Virus record (IMG/VR): IMGVR_UViG_3300006033_000016 | Span: 32,001 to 96,000 of that record | Origin: a virus | Length of the DNA stretch: 64,000 bases | Strand: one strand, 5' to 3' | In this document: one piece after another, positions 38,273 to 47,745 of the stretch | Layout of the letters: every line of letters starts with the position of its first letter | How positions within the stretch are numbered: the stretch's first letter is position 1 | Position numbers and translations under genes: made by a program | The notes under the pieces: model-generated | Told to the model about the DNA's origin: nothing | Database searches by the model: none | Seen by the model: only the letters and a program-made list of their open reading frames with translations

Positions 38273-38571
38273 AGTATAGGCAGGAAGGTAAGATCGTCAA
38301 GAGAGCATGTCAACGATGGAAGTAGCAAACCCACCCTCTTCGTCCTCTGCCTCGTCCTTTACAGGCTCATCTTCGTTTTCCGCTGTCTGGTCCTCAGCTC
38401 CGGGAAGATCACCTAGACCAGACATGAATTTAAGAAGATCCACAGGGCTCTTACCCATTCCACTGAGAGATTGAGTAATACCAGCCAACTTCTTTCGCTT
38501 TTGAGAGAAGCGGATTAGGGCTTTTGCGATTCTGACTTTGGACAAAGTCCGTCTACGTAAAGAAGGTGTAA

Positions 38572-39294
38572 TCACGTGTGTACTCCTGAAACAACCTTTA
38601 CGAGAAGACCTGGCTCACTTAGGTCATCTTCGTACTCCAATATAGCACCAAAATGACCTAATTTTTCTTTCAGGGAAGACACTATTTTGTTTACCGTATC
38701 TGTGTCCCTTTCTCGCCCATACACAGTAAACAAAACCTGATTTCCGTTTTCCTTTCTGAACACGTTCCAGGTGATGACTGGACGACCGATTCTATCGGAC
38801 TTACGAAAGGAAGAAGCGGAGGCAGACTTAACCTCGTCGAAAGAAGAGGCAACGGAAGATGCGACTGAAGAGGCATCTTTGGCAAGTTCCTGAAGGGAAA
38901 CCTTCTTCGAAAGCTTGAGGAGCTGAAGGCTTAGCGTGTACGCCTTCTTTTTATTGTCTTTCCCATACTGGCTTTTGCCAGGTTCGGATTTTACTGTACC
39001 GTTTTCCCTTTGCTTTCCAGTATTTTCTAGATGGTGTTTCCTGCATAAAAGGCGACACTTCTTTAACTCTTTTTTGAATTCCGCTTCGGGCACGGACCAT
39101 AACTTAGTGAGAGTAAAGGATTTACCATCAGGGTTCTTATGGTCGAATTCCAAATTAGAGGTAGAACCACATACAGAGCACTTTCCGCCTAATATATCAA
39201 TAGCTTCCTTTTTACGTTCATGATACCTTTTCTTCTGATATTTCTTTTGGTATCCATTTCTGGAAGGGTCGTGCTTTGATATTCTCGTCGTCAT
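38572..39294 (-). CDS. HNH domain fused to an unrelated C-terminal domain
   Basis: GGKCSVCG, LEFDHKNP, KCRLLCRKHH in the N-terminal half. Confidence 0.8.
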   Translation of the reverse strand: MTTRISKHDPSRNGYQKKYQKKRYHERKKEAIDILGGKCSVCGSTSNLEFDHKNPDGKSFTLTKLWSVPEAEFKKELKKCRLLCRKHHLENTGKQRENGTVKSEPGKSQYGKDNKKKAYTLSLQLLKLSKKVSLQELAKDASSVASSVASSFDEVKSASASSFRKSDRIGRPVITWNVFRKENGNQVLFTVYGRERDTDTVNKIVSSLKEKLGHFGAILEYEDDLSEPGLLVKVVSGVHT

Positions 39295-39316
39295 GCGAAG
39301 GCTAAATAGTAGGTAT

Positions 39317-39802
39317 TTACTTAGTTTTCTTGGCGGCAGATCTGACCTGAGTGTCTTTTACACCGCTAGGTTTAGACTTTCTGTTCCAATCTCTCCACCG
39401 TATCCAACTACTTATGATGTTAGGAAGCTTTACTTTCTCGAATTCTAAAGCTTTTTGGTAGTCAGGATGTGCTATCTCCATGCACTGAAATCTCAAACTA
39501 TGCGGATATGGCTTCCCATCCGGAGAAAATTGCTGAGGCCCGTGTTGAAGATGAAGCATTTCATGGTAGATGACAAAGTCTAAATACCACAAAGGTATTC
39601 GAATGTCGTCCATAAAAGAGTTGACCTTTATCAACCTTTCCTCGAATACACAGCAGGCTTGGGCAGTATACTTACTTTTTAGAGGAAGATGGCGCCAACC
39701 TATTCCTCCGCACACCATACCCCCAAAAAATTCGAGGTTTATCTTGTCAAACCTTTTTAGAAGACTGGTGTGTTTACACGCCGGTTCCTTTGGTTTACGC
39801 AC
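39317..39802 (-). CDS. SprT/YgjP-like zinc metalloprotease domain protein
   Basis: FDKINLEFF, FVIYHEMLH, HSLRF. Confidence 0.75.
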   Translation of the reverse strand: MRKPKEPACKHTSLLKRFDKINLEFFGGMVCGGIGWRHLPLKSKYTAQACCVFEERLIKVNSFMDDIRIPLWYLDFVIYHEMLHLQHGPQQFSPDGKPYPHSLRFQCMEIAHPDYQKALEFEKVKLPNIISSWIRWRDWNRKSKPSGVKDTQVRSAAKKTK

Positions 39803-39828
39803 AAGGCACCTCCTCTACTCTCCTAAAT

Positions 39829-39858
39829 AAGGTAGCAGAGGGGTGATTCACCTGTCAA
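39829..39858 (-). promoter_or_regulatory. sigma70-type promoter
   Basis: TTGACA-18 nt-TACCTT with extended -10 TG; AGGAGG RBS downstream. Confidence 0.55.
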
Positions 39859-39873
39859 ACAAAGGTCTATTCT

Positions 39874-39949
39874 TGGTAGGACCGGAGGGGCTCGAACCCT
39901 CGACCGTTGGATTAAAAGTCCACTGCTCTACCGACTGAGCTACGGTCCT
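39874..39949 (-). tRNA. tRNA-Lys(TTT)
   Basis: GTGGA-CTTTTAA-TCCAA, ACCA end. Confidence 0.93.
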
Positions 39950-40155
39950 GTGCCCCACAAGAGCCAATGCTGTATGCGGGAGGGAAAGATGTAGTTAGTT
40001 ATCTCCCACCATGGAACATACTGGCTATCCAGCACTAAAAGAAGTATGAAGCCAGACACTACGCCAAAAACGTATAGCAGGAGATAAGCCAGGATGGATT
40101 CCATATAGGACTTGCCATGCATGGCTAAGGTCTCAACGTTTAGGTTTGAGGTGTG

Positions 40156-40470
40156 TCATCCTGCTTGCGCCAGTAGTAGAAATCGGTAGCGGTAAGAGTT
40201 AGACTCCTGATGTGTCTTTCTCTTGTGGCAATTAGAGCACAAGACGCGACACTTGTCAAGCTCTAACTGAAGATGGTTCCAACTACATGTGGTAGATCTT
40301 ATCAATTTCGATATGTCTACTCTTTTATTGTGTAGGTGGTCAAACTCAAGGACAAGAGGGTCTCTCTCACCACACATTTCACACTCATGCTGGGAGAGAT
40401 AATTCCAAATTTTCTGCTGCTTACTATGAACGTGCTTTTTCTTGTCTTCTTTTGTTTTACCCACGTACAC
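40156..40470 (-). CDS. HNH endonuclease
   Basis: CEMCGERDPLVLEFDH, KCRVLCSNCHKRKT; similar to 49007..49444. Confidence 0.85.
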   Translation of the reverse strand: MYVGKTKEDKKKHVHSKQQKIWNYLSQHECEMCGERDPLVLEFDHLHNKRVDISKLIRSTTCSWNHLQLELDKCRVLCSNCHKRKTHQESNSYRYRFLLLAQAG

Positions 40471-40516
40471 CCCCTTCCTGTGTGATGAGGTGGGAACGTA
40501 GATAAAATAACAAGGT

Positions 40517-40558
40517 AGTTAGCAGTGTTAGACGACCTCTCGCCTAACACTGCTAACT
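40517..40558 (-). terminator. long hairpin, probable terminator
   Basis: AGTTAGCAGTGTTAG/CTAACACTGCTAACT 15-bp inverted repeat after the stop at 40565. Confidence 0.65.
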
Positions 40559-40564
40559 TTAGCA

Positions 40565-41479
40565 TCACACGGGAGAGGGGAACTCGTTGGCCTTGGAGTA
40601 GCGAAGGTGGTTCAGCTTCCGCTTTTGACGATAAGCATTCCACGCAGAGATACACCGAGCAGCGGTTTCTCTACGAATAGCGTGACCTCCGCCCGAGTGC
40701 TGGTTAGTCAACAGCCAGTTCGTAAGAAGCTCAATCTGAGGAATGGTAACTCCGTCAATGGCGTGTCGGTTTTGGGCGACTGCCTGGAAGAACGCAAGGG
40801 CCTCGTCCTTCGCTCCCGGTACACGCATGCATCGGATAGCAGCAGCAATCACGGGAGTAGACGCTAGTGTAAACCCGTTCTTAGGAGATGCCATGTCTAC
40901 GAGGTCGTCCAGAAAGGGGTGGTTGTCCACAACCTCGTTGCGCTTCATCTTAGACAAGTTGTCCTTCTGGTCGAAAGAGCGAAGCTCAAAAAGAATTCCG
41001 CCAATGATCCGCCCCGAAACTGCCTTACGGCCTGTCATCTTGCGCAGATCGCTGAGAGTGCGGCTCTTTCCGGTGTCCACTACATCAAGAGCCGCAGCAC
41101 TCTTCAAAAGAACAACAGTCATGTCCTTAAGAATGAAATGCGGCGGAGTGTTGGAGGAGACAAACGCAGTGAGGCGATGCTGACCGTCCACGAGAGTTCC
41201 CGTAGGAGACAGACGAATAGAATCACCAGTGTTAATCCATTTTCCAGCTTCGATATCAGTACGAAGCTCCAGTACACGTTCCCTGGAAACTCGTCGCTGG
41301 CATTCGTCCCTGTTTTCTAGCAGGAGAGAAGCAAGACCCTTGTCGATGTCCAGGGTATACTCCACTCGTCCGTCGAGGTCTCGGGTATCTTTGGCCACCT
41401 TGAGGATTGCTGCCACAGCAGGAGGCAAAGAGGCAGTCAGCGGAGTCACGGGATGAGCCAGGGTAGACAATTGAGACAT
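40565..41479 (-). CDS. ParB/Srx-like domain protein
   Basis: QRRVS, W.NTGDSI, LVDGQHRL, VDTGKSRT. Confidence 0.7.
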   Translation of the reverse strand: MSQLSTLAHPVTPLTASLPPAVAAILKVAKDTRDLDGRVEYTLDIDKGLASLLLENRDECQRRVSRERVLELRTDIEAGKWINTGDSIRLSPTGTLVDGQHRLTAFVSSNTPPHFILKDMTVVLLKSAAALDVVDTGKSRTLSDLRKMTGRKAVSGRIIGGILFELRSFDQKDNLSKMKRNEVVDNHPFLDDLVDMASPKNGFTLASTPVIAAAIRCMRVPGAKDEALAFFQAVAQNRHAIDGVTIPQIELLTNWLLTNQHSGGGHAIRRETAARCISAWNAYRQKRKLNHLRYSKANEFPSPV

Positions 41480-41490
41480 GTAGGCACCTT

Positions 41491-42615
41491 TCAGCGATTT
41501 TCTTGTTGAGGTCTTCTAGGCCAGACCATTCCGGCGTAGTTTACCTCAATCAACCAAGAATCCTGAGTAGAAAAAGATGAGTATTCTCGAAGGGAAGAAG
41601 GATGATATGTCCACTCCTCCTCATCAGCATAGAAGATTACGCTGTAGGATTCGGACTTGATCACTCTTTGGGGCACGGATTCATTAGGTGAAATCCTGCT
41701 GCCCCAATGAGGCTCGTCATTTGTACCACGCGTCACTTCTCGGTCTATTTCGTCCCACTCATAGTAGGAATAAGTACACCATTCATCGTATACAGGACAC
41801 TCATCGTAACAGGTGTTGTATTCTGTCCGTGTACAAGTGTCGTAACACGTAGAACAGTGTTCCTCACAGCGAGAGTAACCATTAGAGAGATCAGTGCAAC
41901 TAACGTGACAACTACAGTCGTGTGGTCGACAATCGTAAGATACCTGATGTGGATTGCAATCTCTAGGATGGCATCTCTCTGTGCCTCTCTGTCTGGTGTG
42001 ACAGGATGCGTTAAAAGACCCAGAAGGAGTCCCCCAGCCGGAGCCAGATTTAGTCATCCTCTGTTCCAGGATTTTCCTGTATTCCCAGGAGGTAGACCGT
42101 ACTTCCGCCCTTACCTCATGAGTGGATAACAAAACCCAAAGAATTACAAAAGAAGACAAAACAGCCAAACAAAGAAGAATTAGTCCAACATTCTTTCGTA
42201 GAGTGGAGAATAAACTCTTCTCCTCGATAAGCACCGCATATCTAGGACTCTCCCTTAGAGAGGGAGCAGGAGAGGGAGCAGTGGATGCTGCTCTTGGGGG
42301 AGGAATGATTGTGGCCTTTGACCTCTTTTTAGGGGCAGGCGGAGGTTCGGAAGGATCCCTACTTGCCCCACACACTCGGCAAGAAGTCAAAAGGGCGCGG
42401 TTGTCATTAAAGCAAAATCTACACGTCCAGTTAGGACCTGCAGATGCCTGCTTGAGCAACTCTGGGTCGGTGACAGGCGTGGAACCCCCAGGATTATACT
42501 TCTCTCCCTTTTCCTTAGGGGAACCACAAGTAGAACATCGCATGTCCCTGCCAAGGTTTTTAGACCCGCAGGAATAGCAAGTCCACTTATTTTCTACAAT
42601 CCAAGAACGTCCCAC
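41491..42615 (-). CDS. membrane protein with RanBP2-like zinc fingers and Cys-rich external domain
   Basis: WTCYSCGSKN and WTCRFCFNDN fingers, Pro linker, one TM helix, dense Cys tract. Confidence 0.75.
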   Translation of the reverse strand: MGRSWIVENKWTCYSCGSKNLGRDMRCSTCGSPKEKGEKYNPGGSTPVTDPELLKQASAGPNWTCRFCFNDNRALLTSCRVCGASRDPSEPPPAPKKRSKATIIPPPRAASTAPSPAPSLRESPRYAVLIEEKSLFSTLRKNVGLILLCLAVLSSFVILWVLLSTHEVRAEVRSTSWEYRKILEQRMTKSGSGWGTPSGSFNASCHTRQRGTERCHPRDCNPHQVSYDCRPHDCSCHVSCTDLSNGYSRCEEHCSTCYDTCTRTEYNTCYDECPVYDEWCTYSYYEWDEIDREVTRGTNDEPHWGSRISPNESVPQRVIKSESYSVIFYADEEEWTYHPSSLREYSSFSTQDSWLIEVNYAGMVWPRRPQQENR

Positions 42616-42645
42616 TTAAGCCTCCCTTTTGCGGGGTGGGTCTAT

Positions 42646-42662
42646 ACTATGAGCAGGGTTCG
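42646..42662 (-). promoter_or_regulatory. repeated phage promoter-like motif, copy 5
   Basis: minus strand CGAACCCTGCTCATAGT between a terminator and a GGAGG RBS. Confidence 0.6.
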
Positions 42663-42682
42663 TTTCGTTCTAGGATGGCTAC

Positions 42683-42707
42683 AAAAAAGCCCCCAATAAG
42701 GGGGCTT
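42683..42707 (-). terminator. intrinsic terminator
   Basis: AAGCCCCC/GGGGGCTT hairpin with T-tract on the minus strand. Confidence 0.8.
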
Positions 42708-42710
42708 CCA

Positions 42711-43433
42711 TCAGGGGGTAGAACCGGGGTCCTGATCTCCGTTAGTGGCGCTCTGAATCTTGAATACCTGATCGAAGTCTATACCTCGGGCTGCCTCTAC
42801 ATCAGATGCTTGGCCGTAGAAAGAGAGTGAGGCATCGGATTTCGCGTGAATCCTGGAGGAGCCTATACTTCCCGAAAGTACGGTGTACGTACCACGTATA
42901 CCCTCCGCAGAGGCGTCGTAGTTAAGAGTGTTAGCCCCTCTTATTCCTATGGAAGAACTTTCTGCAAAACTATCTACGTTAGCTCCGAGGTAGATAAAGT
43001 TCCACTTATAGATAGATTCCTGCTGCTCAACCATGGATTTTACCTGCTCCTTCGAAAAAGAGCAAGACGAGTTTTCTTCCCCATCCGTGATTACAATAAA
43101 AAGAACCTTACCTGGGCGATCTTCCTCGGGAAGATCCGAAAGATCTTTTCCTAGGTCGATTATAGACTGCCCCAAAGCGTCGTTTAGGGCAGTCCCTCCG
43201 CTGGGGGAGTAAGAAGCGCGATCGAGCAAGGTTGCCTCTTTTATTGGAACCATGGAAGAAAGAGTTTTCCTTCGGGTAGAAAAGGTATGGACAGAAACGG
43301 TGGCCTTTCCCTCCACCAAGCGCTGTTCCTCAATAAAAGAGTTGAATCCTCCTATGGTGTCCGCGGCCAGGTGCTGCATGGAGCCGCTCTCGTCGATAAG
43401 AATGGAGATGTGAGTGTAGTTCGGATTTGTCAT
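42711..43433 (-). CDS. vWA domain protein
   Basis: DESGSM, GGTALNDA, ITDGEENSS, YLGAN. Confidence 0.9.
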   Translation of the reverse strand: MTNPNYTHISILIDESGSMQHLAADTIGGFNSFIEEQRLVEGKATVSVHTFSTRRKTLSSMVPIKEATLLDRASYSPSGGTALNDALGQSIIDLGKDLSDLPEEDRPGKVLFIVITDGEENSSCSFSKEQVKSMVEQQESIYKWNFIYLGANVDSFAESSSIGIRGANTLNYDASAEGIRGTYTVLSGSIGSSRIHAKSDASLSFYGQASDVEAARGIDFDQVFKIQSATNGDQDPGSTP

Positions 43434-43533
43434 GATGATGCCTTTCTCTAGTCACGTTGACTAGAACAGTCTCTATTTACAGTACTGTATGTGGATTCCT
43501 ATCCACCAAAAAAGAATATAACCAAAATTTAGG

Positions 43534-44556
43534 TCATCCTTCGACCCATCCATTAAACGTAACAGCTTTTCTCATCCAGTGCTGATCTGTTTGAACATGG
43601 TTGTTCCGAACGAACTTGCCTACTAAACGACGAAACTCAGAGTATTTGAAATCTGATGCCACTCTAACAACGTAACCCTCGCATGGATCTCCGTCCAAAG
43701 AAGACACGTCGATTTCTTTGAGTACGTTTTCGTTCCAGATTCCTCGGTATAGAACAGGAACAGTGCGTAACCCAAGCATGTCAGCACATGACACAGTGTC
43801 ATCCCAAGAGAGACACACATTCCATTCATTCCATATGGAGAAAACTTGAAAGAAGTGAGATAGGTTTGTGTATGCTATGGAATGAACTGCAGTAAGGTTT
43901 TCTCCACAAACTCTCCATCTATCGGGTATATCATACCTGATCTGGGACCAAAGAGATTTGAGAAGATTCCTAGATTCATGAGGCGTGTAGGATAATGACC
44001 GTGAATGTATGTGGTCCCTATAAAGAGAGGAGTTCTCGCCATCCATTTTGGCCGTAACCACTACTTCCCTACCCTCAAACTGGCTGACTGACTCCAGCGT
44101 CTTATCATCGCTTGTAGCACCAGGCGACCATGGCAAGTGATAAGTCCTGGGGTATTTTATTATGTGAGTGAATTCGTGTAAGGAATCAGAAAGAATCTTC
44201 TGAACCTGCTCCTCAAAAAACAACTCACCCGGAGTTCTGAGCCCGGAGGATAAATACACATTGCCCCACTTATCAAATCGAGACGAGGAATCGAAATGAG
44301 GAGGCAGAATGACTTTTCTTATTCCGCACTTTTCTCTTAGAGTTTCGCAAGATACTTTTGTTTCTTCGCAAAGCAGATGACAAGAAGCACACACTGAAGC
44401 TCCGTTGTCTAGATAATACCCACCGTCAGGCCATAGCTTGCGCTCTATAATGTGATGGGCGTCAACAGCAGGACTAGAACAGAGAACGCACCTATGAGAG
44501 TCACGGGTAAAAACCTGTGACTTAAATTCTTCTCGTGTCAGTAGCTGGGATGACAT
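43534..44556 (-). CDS. HNH-like domain fused to ATP-dependent RNA ligase
   Basis: N-terminal CVLC...DAHHIIER...VCASCH; C-terminal KYPRTYHLPWS, KMDGEN, GEN, EGYVVR, KFVR. Confidence 0.85.
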   Translation of the reverse strand: MSSQLLTREEFKSQVFTRDSHRCVLCSSPAVDAHHIIERKLWPDGGYYLDNGASVCASCHLLCEETKVSCETLREKCGIRKVILPPHFDSSSRFDKWGNVYLSSGLRTPGELFFEEQVQKILSDSLHEFTHIIKYPRTYHLPWSPGATSDDKTLESVSQFEGREVVVTAKMDGENSSLYRDHIHSRSLSYTPHESRNLLKSLWSQIRYDIPDRWRVCGENLTAVHSIAYTNLSHFFQVFSIWNEWNVCLSWDDTVSCADMLGLRTVPVLYRGIWNENVLKEIDVSSLDGDPCEGYVVRVASDFKYSEFRRLVGKFVRNNHVQTDQHWMRKAVTFNGWVEG

Positions 44557-44565
44557 GACAAACTA

Positions 44566-45498
44566 TCACTTTCTAGATAGCCACTCCTCCACCAACGAGA
44601 TACAAAGGGCATCTAGCTTGTGTACAGGAGGGTTCTTTGGCAGGGGCGAAGACTCGTAGAGACGCGCCGCCTCAGCATCCAGGGATTCGGCTTCCTCTAT
44701 CAGTTTATCGTAGGTCCACTCTCCGCGACGAATGGCCAGAAGATCCTCGAAGTCAGGACGTCGAACAATGACCCCCTTACCCGACAGAATTTCGACACAC
44801 ATCCTAAGCAGCCTTATCAAATGAAGAGCGTGCTTAGTATCAAAGCCATGCTGAGCCTCCAGGGCAGCTCTATCTTTATTTCTGTTCTTCTGCCATTTTT
44901 CATACTGCTGCCAATGATGAAGAGCGCTGGCGTACTGCTTTTCCTTTTGGATAACCTGCATCACGTCACTTCCAAAGGAATAGCCTGAGGAGGACAACTC
45001 GTCAAAGGCACCCATAGTGGACCCACTAACGATCTTATTTCCCTCCTCTGGAAGACCAAAGTCAGAGCGCAGAGGCTTGCCTTTTGGAGGGGACAGAAGC
45101 CAAGACCTGTGGGTCTTGATTCTCTTAAGCTGCGAGTGTGCATACCCTGCAAACGTATAGCGAGCTTTTCTGGATAGGAATAGTTCTCGGTTTTCCAGAA
45201 GCCTTTCACCTAACTTATCGACCTTAATTTGATTAGAAGGGTCGGTGTATAGTATCTCTACCACATTTGGGTTGCAGTCGGAGGCCAGCCTAAAGAACTT
45301 TCTTATATCAAATACTACCTTGTCGTTAGGGTCGTGCTGCTCGTTTTGCTCGAAAACGAAAGAATAACCTAAAAAGTATTCCTTAGGTGGAATAGCTATT
45401 CCTCTGAAATCTGTGTCGGAGGTATCTAGGTTGGTTCCGTAGGCCCTACTTCCGTGAACCGTCAAATAGATGGTGTGGTCATCGATAGAAAAATTCAT
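44566..45498 (-). CDS. RlaP/YcgL-type Pol-beta superfamily nucleotidyltransferase
   Basis: HGSRAYG, SDTDFRG, NPNVVEIL, DTKHALHLIRLL, LLAIRRG. Confidence 0.88.
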   Translation of the reverse strand: MNFSIDDHTIYLTVHGSRAYGTNLDTSDTDFRGIAIPPKEYFLGYSFVFEQNEQHDPNDKVVFDIRKFFRLASDCNPNVVEILYTDPSNQIKVDKLGERLLENRELFLSRKARYTFAGYAHSQLKRIKTHRSWLLSPPKGKPLRSDFGLPEEGNKIVSGSTMGAFDELSSSGYSFGSDVMQVIQKEKQYASALHHWQQYEKWQKNRNKDRAALEAQHGFDTKHALHLIRLLRMCVEILSGKGVIVRRPDFEDLLAIRRGEWTYDKLIEEAESLDAEAARLYESSPLPKNPPVHKLDALCISLVEEWLSRK

Positions 45499-45922
45499 GT
45501 GATACCTGCCCGCAATCAGATGTCGTACATAGCGATTTGCTCAAGAAATTGACAGCATCATGGAGACCAGGTTTTCCATGACAGAACGTATTTGCTCTTT
45601 TGTTATTTTTGACAAAGCAAAGGCATCTACTTTTCGGTCTACTGTATGTCCAGGAGGAATTGCGTCCCAGAATGGGGCCATACGTACTCTACGAATGTGT
45701 ACCAGTGGAGGAAGGTCGTCTCCCGGTTTGTACCCCTTTGACAAAAGACTGGGTGAATTGTAGAGATCGTGCTCCATAACCATACGGGGGTACACAGCCA
45801 ATACAAGGTAAACATGTGGCGCACTATCCGATAGAAGAACGACCAAGTCATTCGCTGCTATCGAGACATCCCACTCTTTAGCTATGGAGGAGGCCAGAGG
45901 AGTCTTCTTTTTAGCCACGTTA

Positions 45923-46471
45923 CTACTTTCTGTACACGCACTGAACTTTGACTCCTACCATGTCACCCTTCTTAGAAATAGACGTAGAGCCTACGCAAAA
46001 AGAAGAAAGAGAACTCTTTGTGTGTTCTAGCACGGATGAAGCCAAATGTTCCCTAAGAAGAGGTGAGTCGGGGTCAAACAGAAGATCAACACAGGGACCT
46101 GCCAGAACAAATGTTGTGAGGTTGTGTCCGCTGCTAGTTACTTTGTTTTTGTAGGATTTGACTCCAAATCCTGTACACTTTTCCACTATATCCCTTACCA
46201 AGAACAACTCCTCGGTATCAGAACAGAGTTCCGCAGAGGGAGGAGTGCTTTGCTTGGACGTGACTACCACGGGATGAACAGAAAAAGAGTATCTCCTGAC
46301 CCTGTTGCGCTTCATTGACCTTTTTAGCTTATGAAGTATGCGAATAGTGTCAGAAGAAGGATGGTACCCAGCGACTAAAAGAGAAGCCTCCAAAGAAACC
46401 AGATTCTTTTCCGCGTCTGTCTCTAGAGTGTAGTGGTCGAACGACAGGTTTCCTACAGAGGTGTCTGTCAT
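45923..46471 (-). CDS. hypothetical protein
   Basis: shares a helical L..GY.P motif with 46468..47028. Confidence 0.55.
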   Translation of the reverse strand: MTDTSVGNLSFDHYTLETDAEKNLVSLEASLLVAGYHPSSDTIRILHKLKRSMKRNRVRRYSFSVHPVVVTSKQSTPPSAELCSDTEELFLVRDIVEKCTGFGVKSYKNKVTSSGHNLTTFVLAGPCVDLLFDPDSPLLREHLASSVLEHTKSSLSSFCVGSTSISKKGDMVGVKVQCVYRK

Positions 46472-47028
46472 GGCGATCCAACCTCAGACAAGTAAGTTTT
46501 TATAGCCTCCTTTACGTGAGAGGGAGTAATGGAGGGATGGTTGTGTACAACCACGAAAGAAGGACCAGCAGTCTTAGAGTGTACCACTCTGAATTTCCAA
46601 CCAGAGATGGAAGAAAACACACCCTGCAACACAGAAATGTCATGTGGGTGTGCGGCTCGAAAAGCCTTAATTATAGTAGTAGACTGCGATACGGAATCGT
46701 TTTCGTGTTCTGGCGCCTCCTCAGAAAGTGGAGGAGAAACGTCAGGGGATGTCATGTCAAATCCGTCTTCCAGTAGAGAAAGTCTAAGTCGGTCTACTGT
46801 CTTCATGACTTTGCTGTTTGGGTCAAATCCGTCTAGAAGTAAACGGCTACGTAACTCCTCATAGTGGCGTACGACATCATTAGACATAGACACTCCTGTT
46901 TTGGTGGCAGAAACTTTTACGGCCTTACGCAATCTAGCAAGTAAAACTGCTGCGTGGTGAGTTCTGTTGTACCCGCACTTTACTAGCAGTTCTCTGAGTT
47001 TTTGAATCGAGTTTTCAACTGAATTCAT
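46468..47028 (-). CDS. hypothetical protein with internal repeat
   Basis: two copies of an LR..L...G(Y/F)...RLR motif. Confidence 0.55.
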   Translation of the reverse strand: MNSVENSIQKLRELLVKCGYNRTHHAAVLLARLRKAVKVSATKTGVSMSNDVVRHYEELRSRLLLDGFDPNSKVMKTVDRLRLSLLEDGFDMTSPDVSPPLSEEAPEHENDSVSQSTTIIKAFRAAHPHDISVLQGVFSSISGWKFRVVHSKTAGPSFVVVHNHPSITPSHVKEAIKTYLSEVGSP

Positions 47029-47677
47029 GTGTGCCCCATTTCCTCTAAGGCTTCAGCTATTCTTTTAGCCTCCTCAACTAAACGAGTGTAAGCAGCCAAC
47101 TTTGTTCCTACGCTCATGTCCATGAGAACTTTATCAAGGGGACGAGCAGAAAGGCGGCTCAAAACTGACAGCAAGTCGTCAAAAAGCTTCTTATCTGAAC
47201 CAACGGAGGAGGCACGGCAGCAATCTGACATGTGTTCACCTGCAGGGTTTCTTCATAGATCTAAAGAGAGGCAGAAGCTCTTCCACGGACAAAGATGTAG
47301 TACGATATCCCGTGGACCCGGATTTCCTAACTTCGGAGGCATGTGCTGCCTCGTCTAAGAGACCACTGAGGAATGGCATGTATTCACTAGTGTAAAAACA
47401 CTGGGAGTCTAAGTCTAGGTCTGATAGCGTATCTGCAATTTCGTCGATGAGATTAACTACTGCATTCCTAACCTCCTTAGAGAGAAGGAGGGGCCTCCTA
47501 TCCACATAAGGGACAAAGTTATCTGCCCCACAAACTGCACACGCACACTTGACGTCAAAGATGGTGCGGCATTCGACACACATCCAACAGTGGTCAAGTC
47601 TCTGCGAAGAAAAACTAATCATAGGTTCTAGTAGATCAAACACGGATACTCCTGTGAAAGAAAGCGTACTCCCATCT

Positions 47678-47692
47678 AGTATGAGCAGGGTT
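47678..47692 (-). promoter_or_regulatory. repeated phage promoter-like motif, copy 6
   Basis: minus strand AACCCTGCTCATACT immediately after a long hairpin. Confidence 0.6.
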
Positions 47693-47739
47693 GCTGCAAT
47701 AGAAAGAGCCCCTTTTTGAGGGGCTCTTTCTATTGCAGC
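47693..47739. terminator. 21-bp perfect inverted repeat, probable terminator
   Basis: GCTGCAATAGAAAGAGCCCCT-TTTTG-AGGGGCTCTTTCTATTGCAGC. Confidence 0.8.
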
Positions 47740-47745
47740 GCTAGG

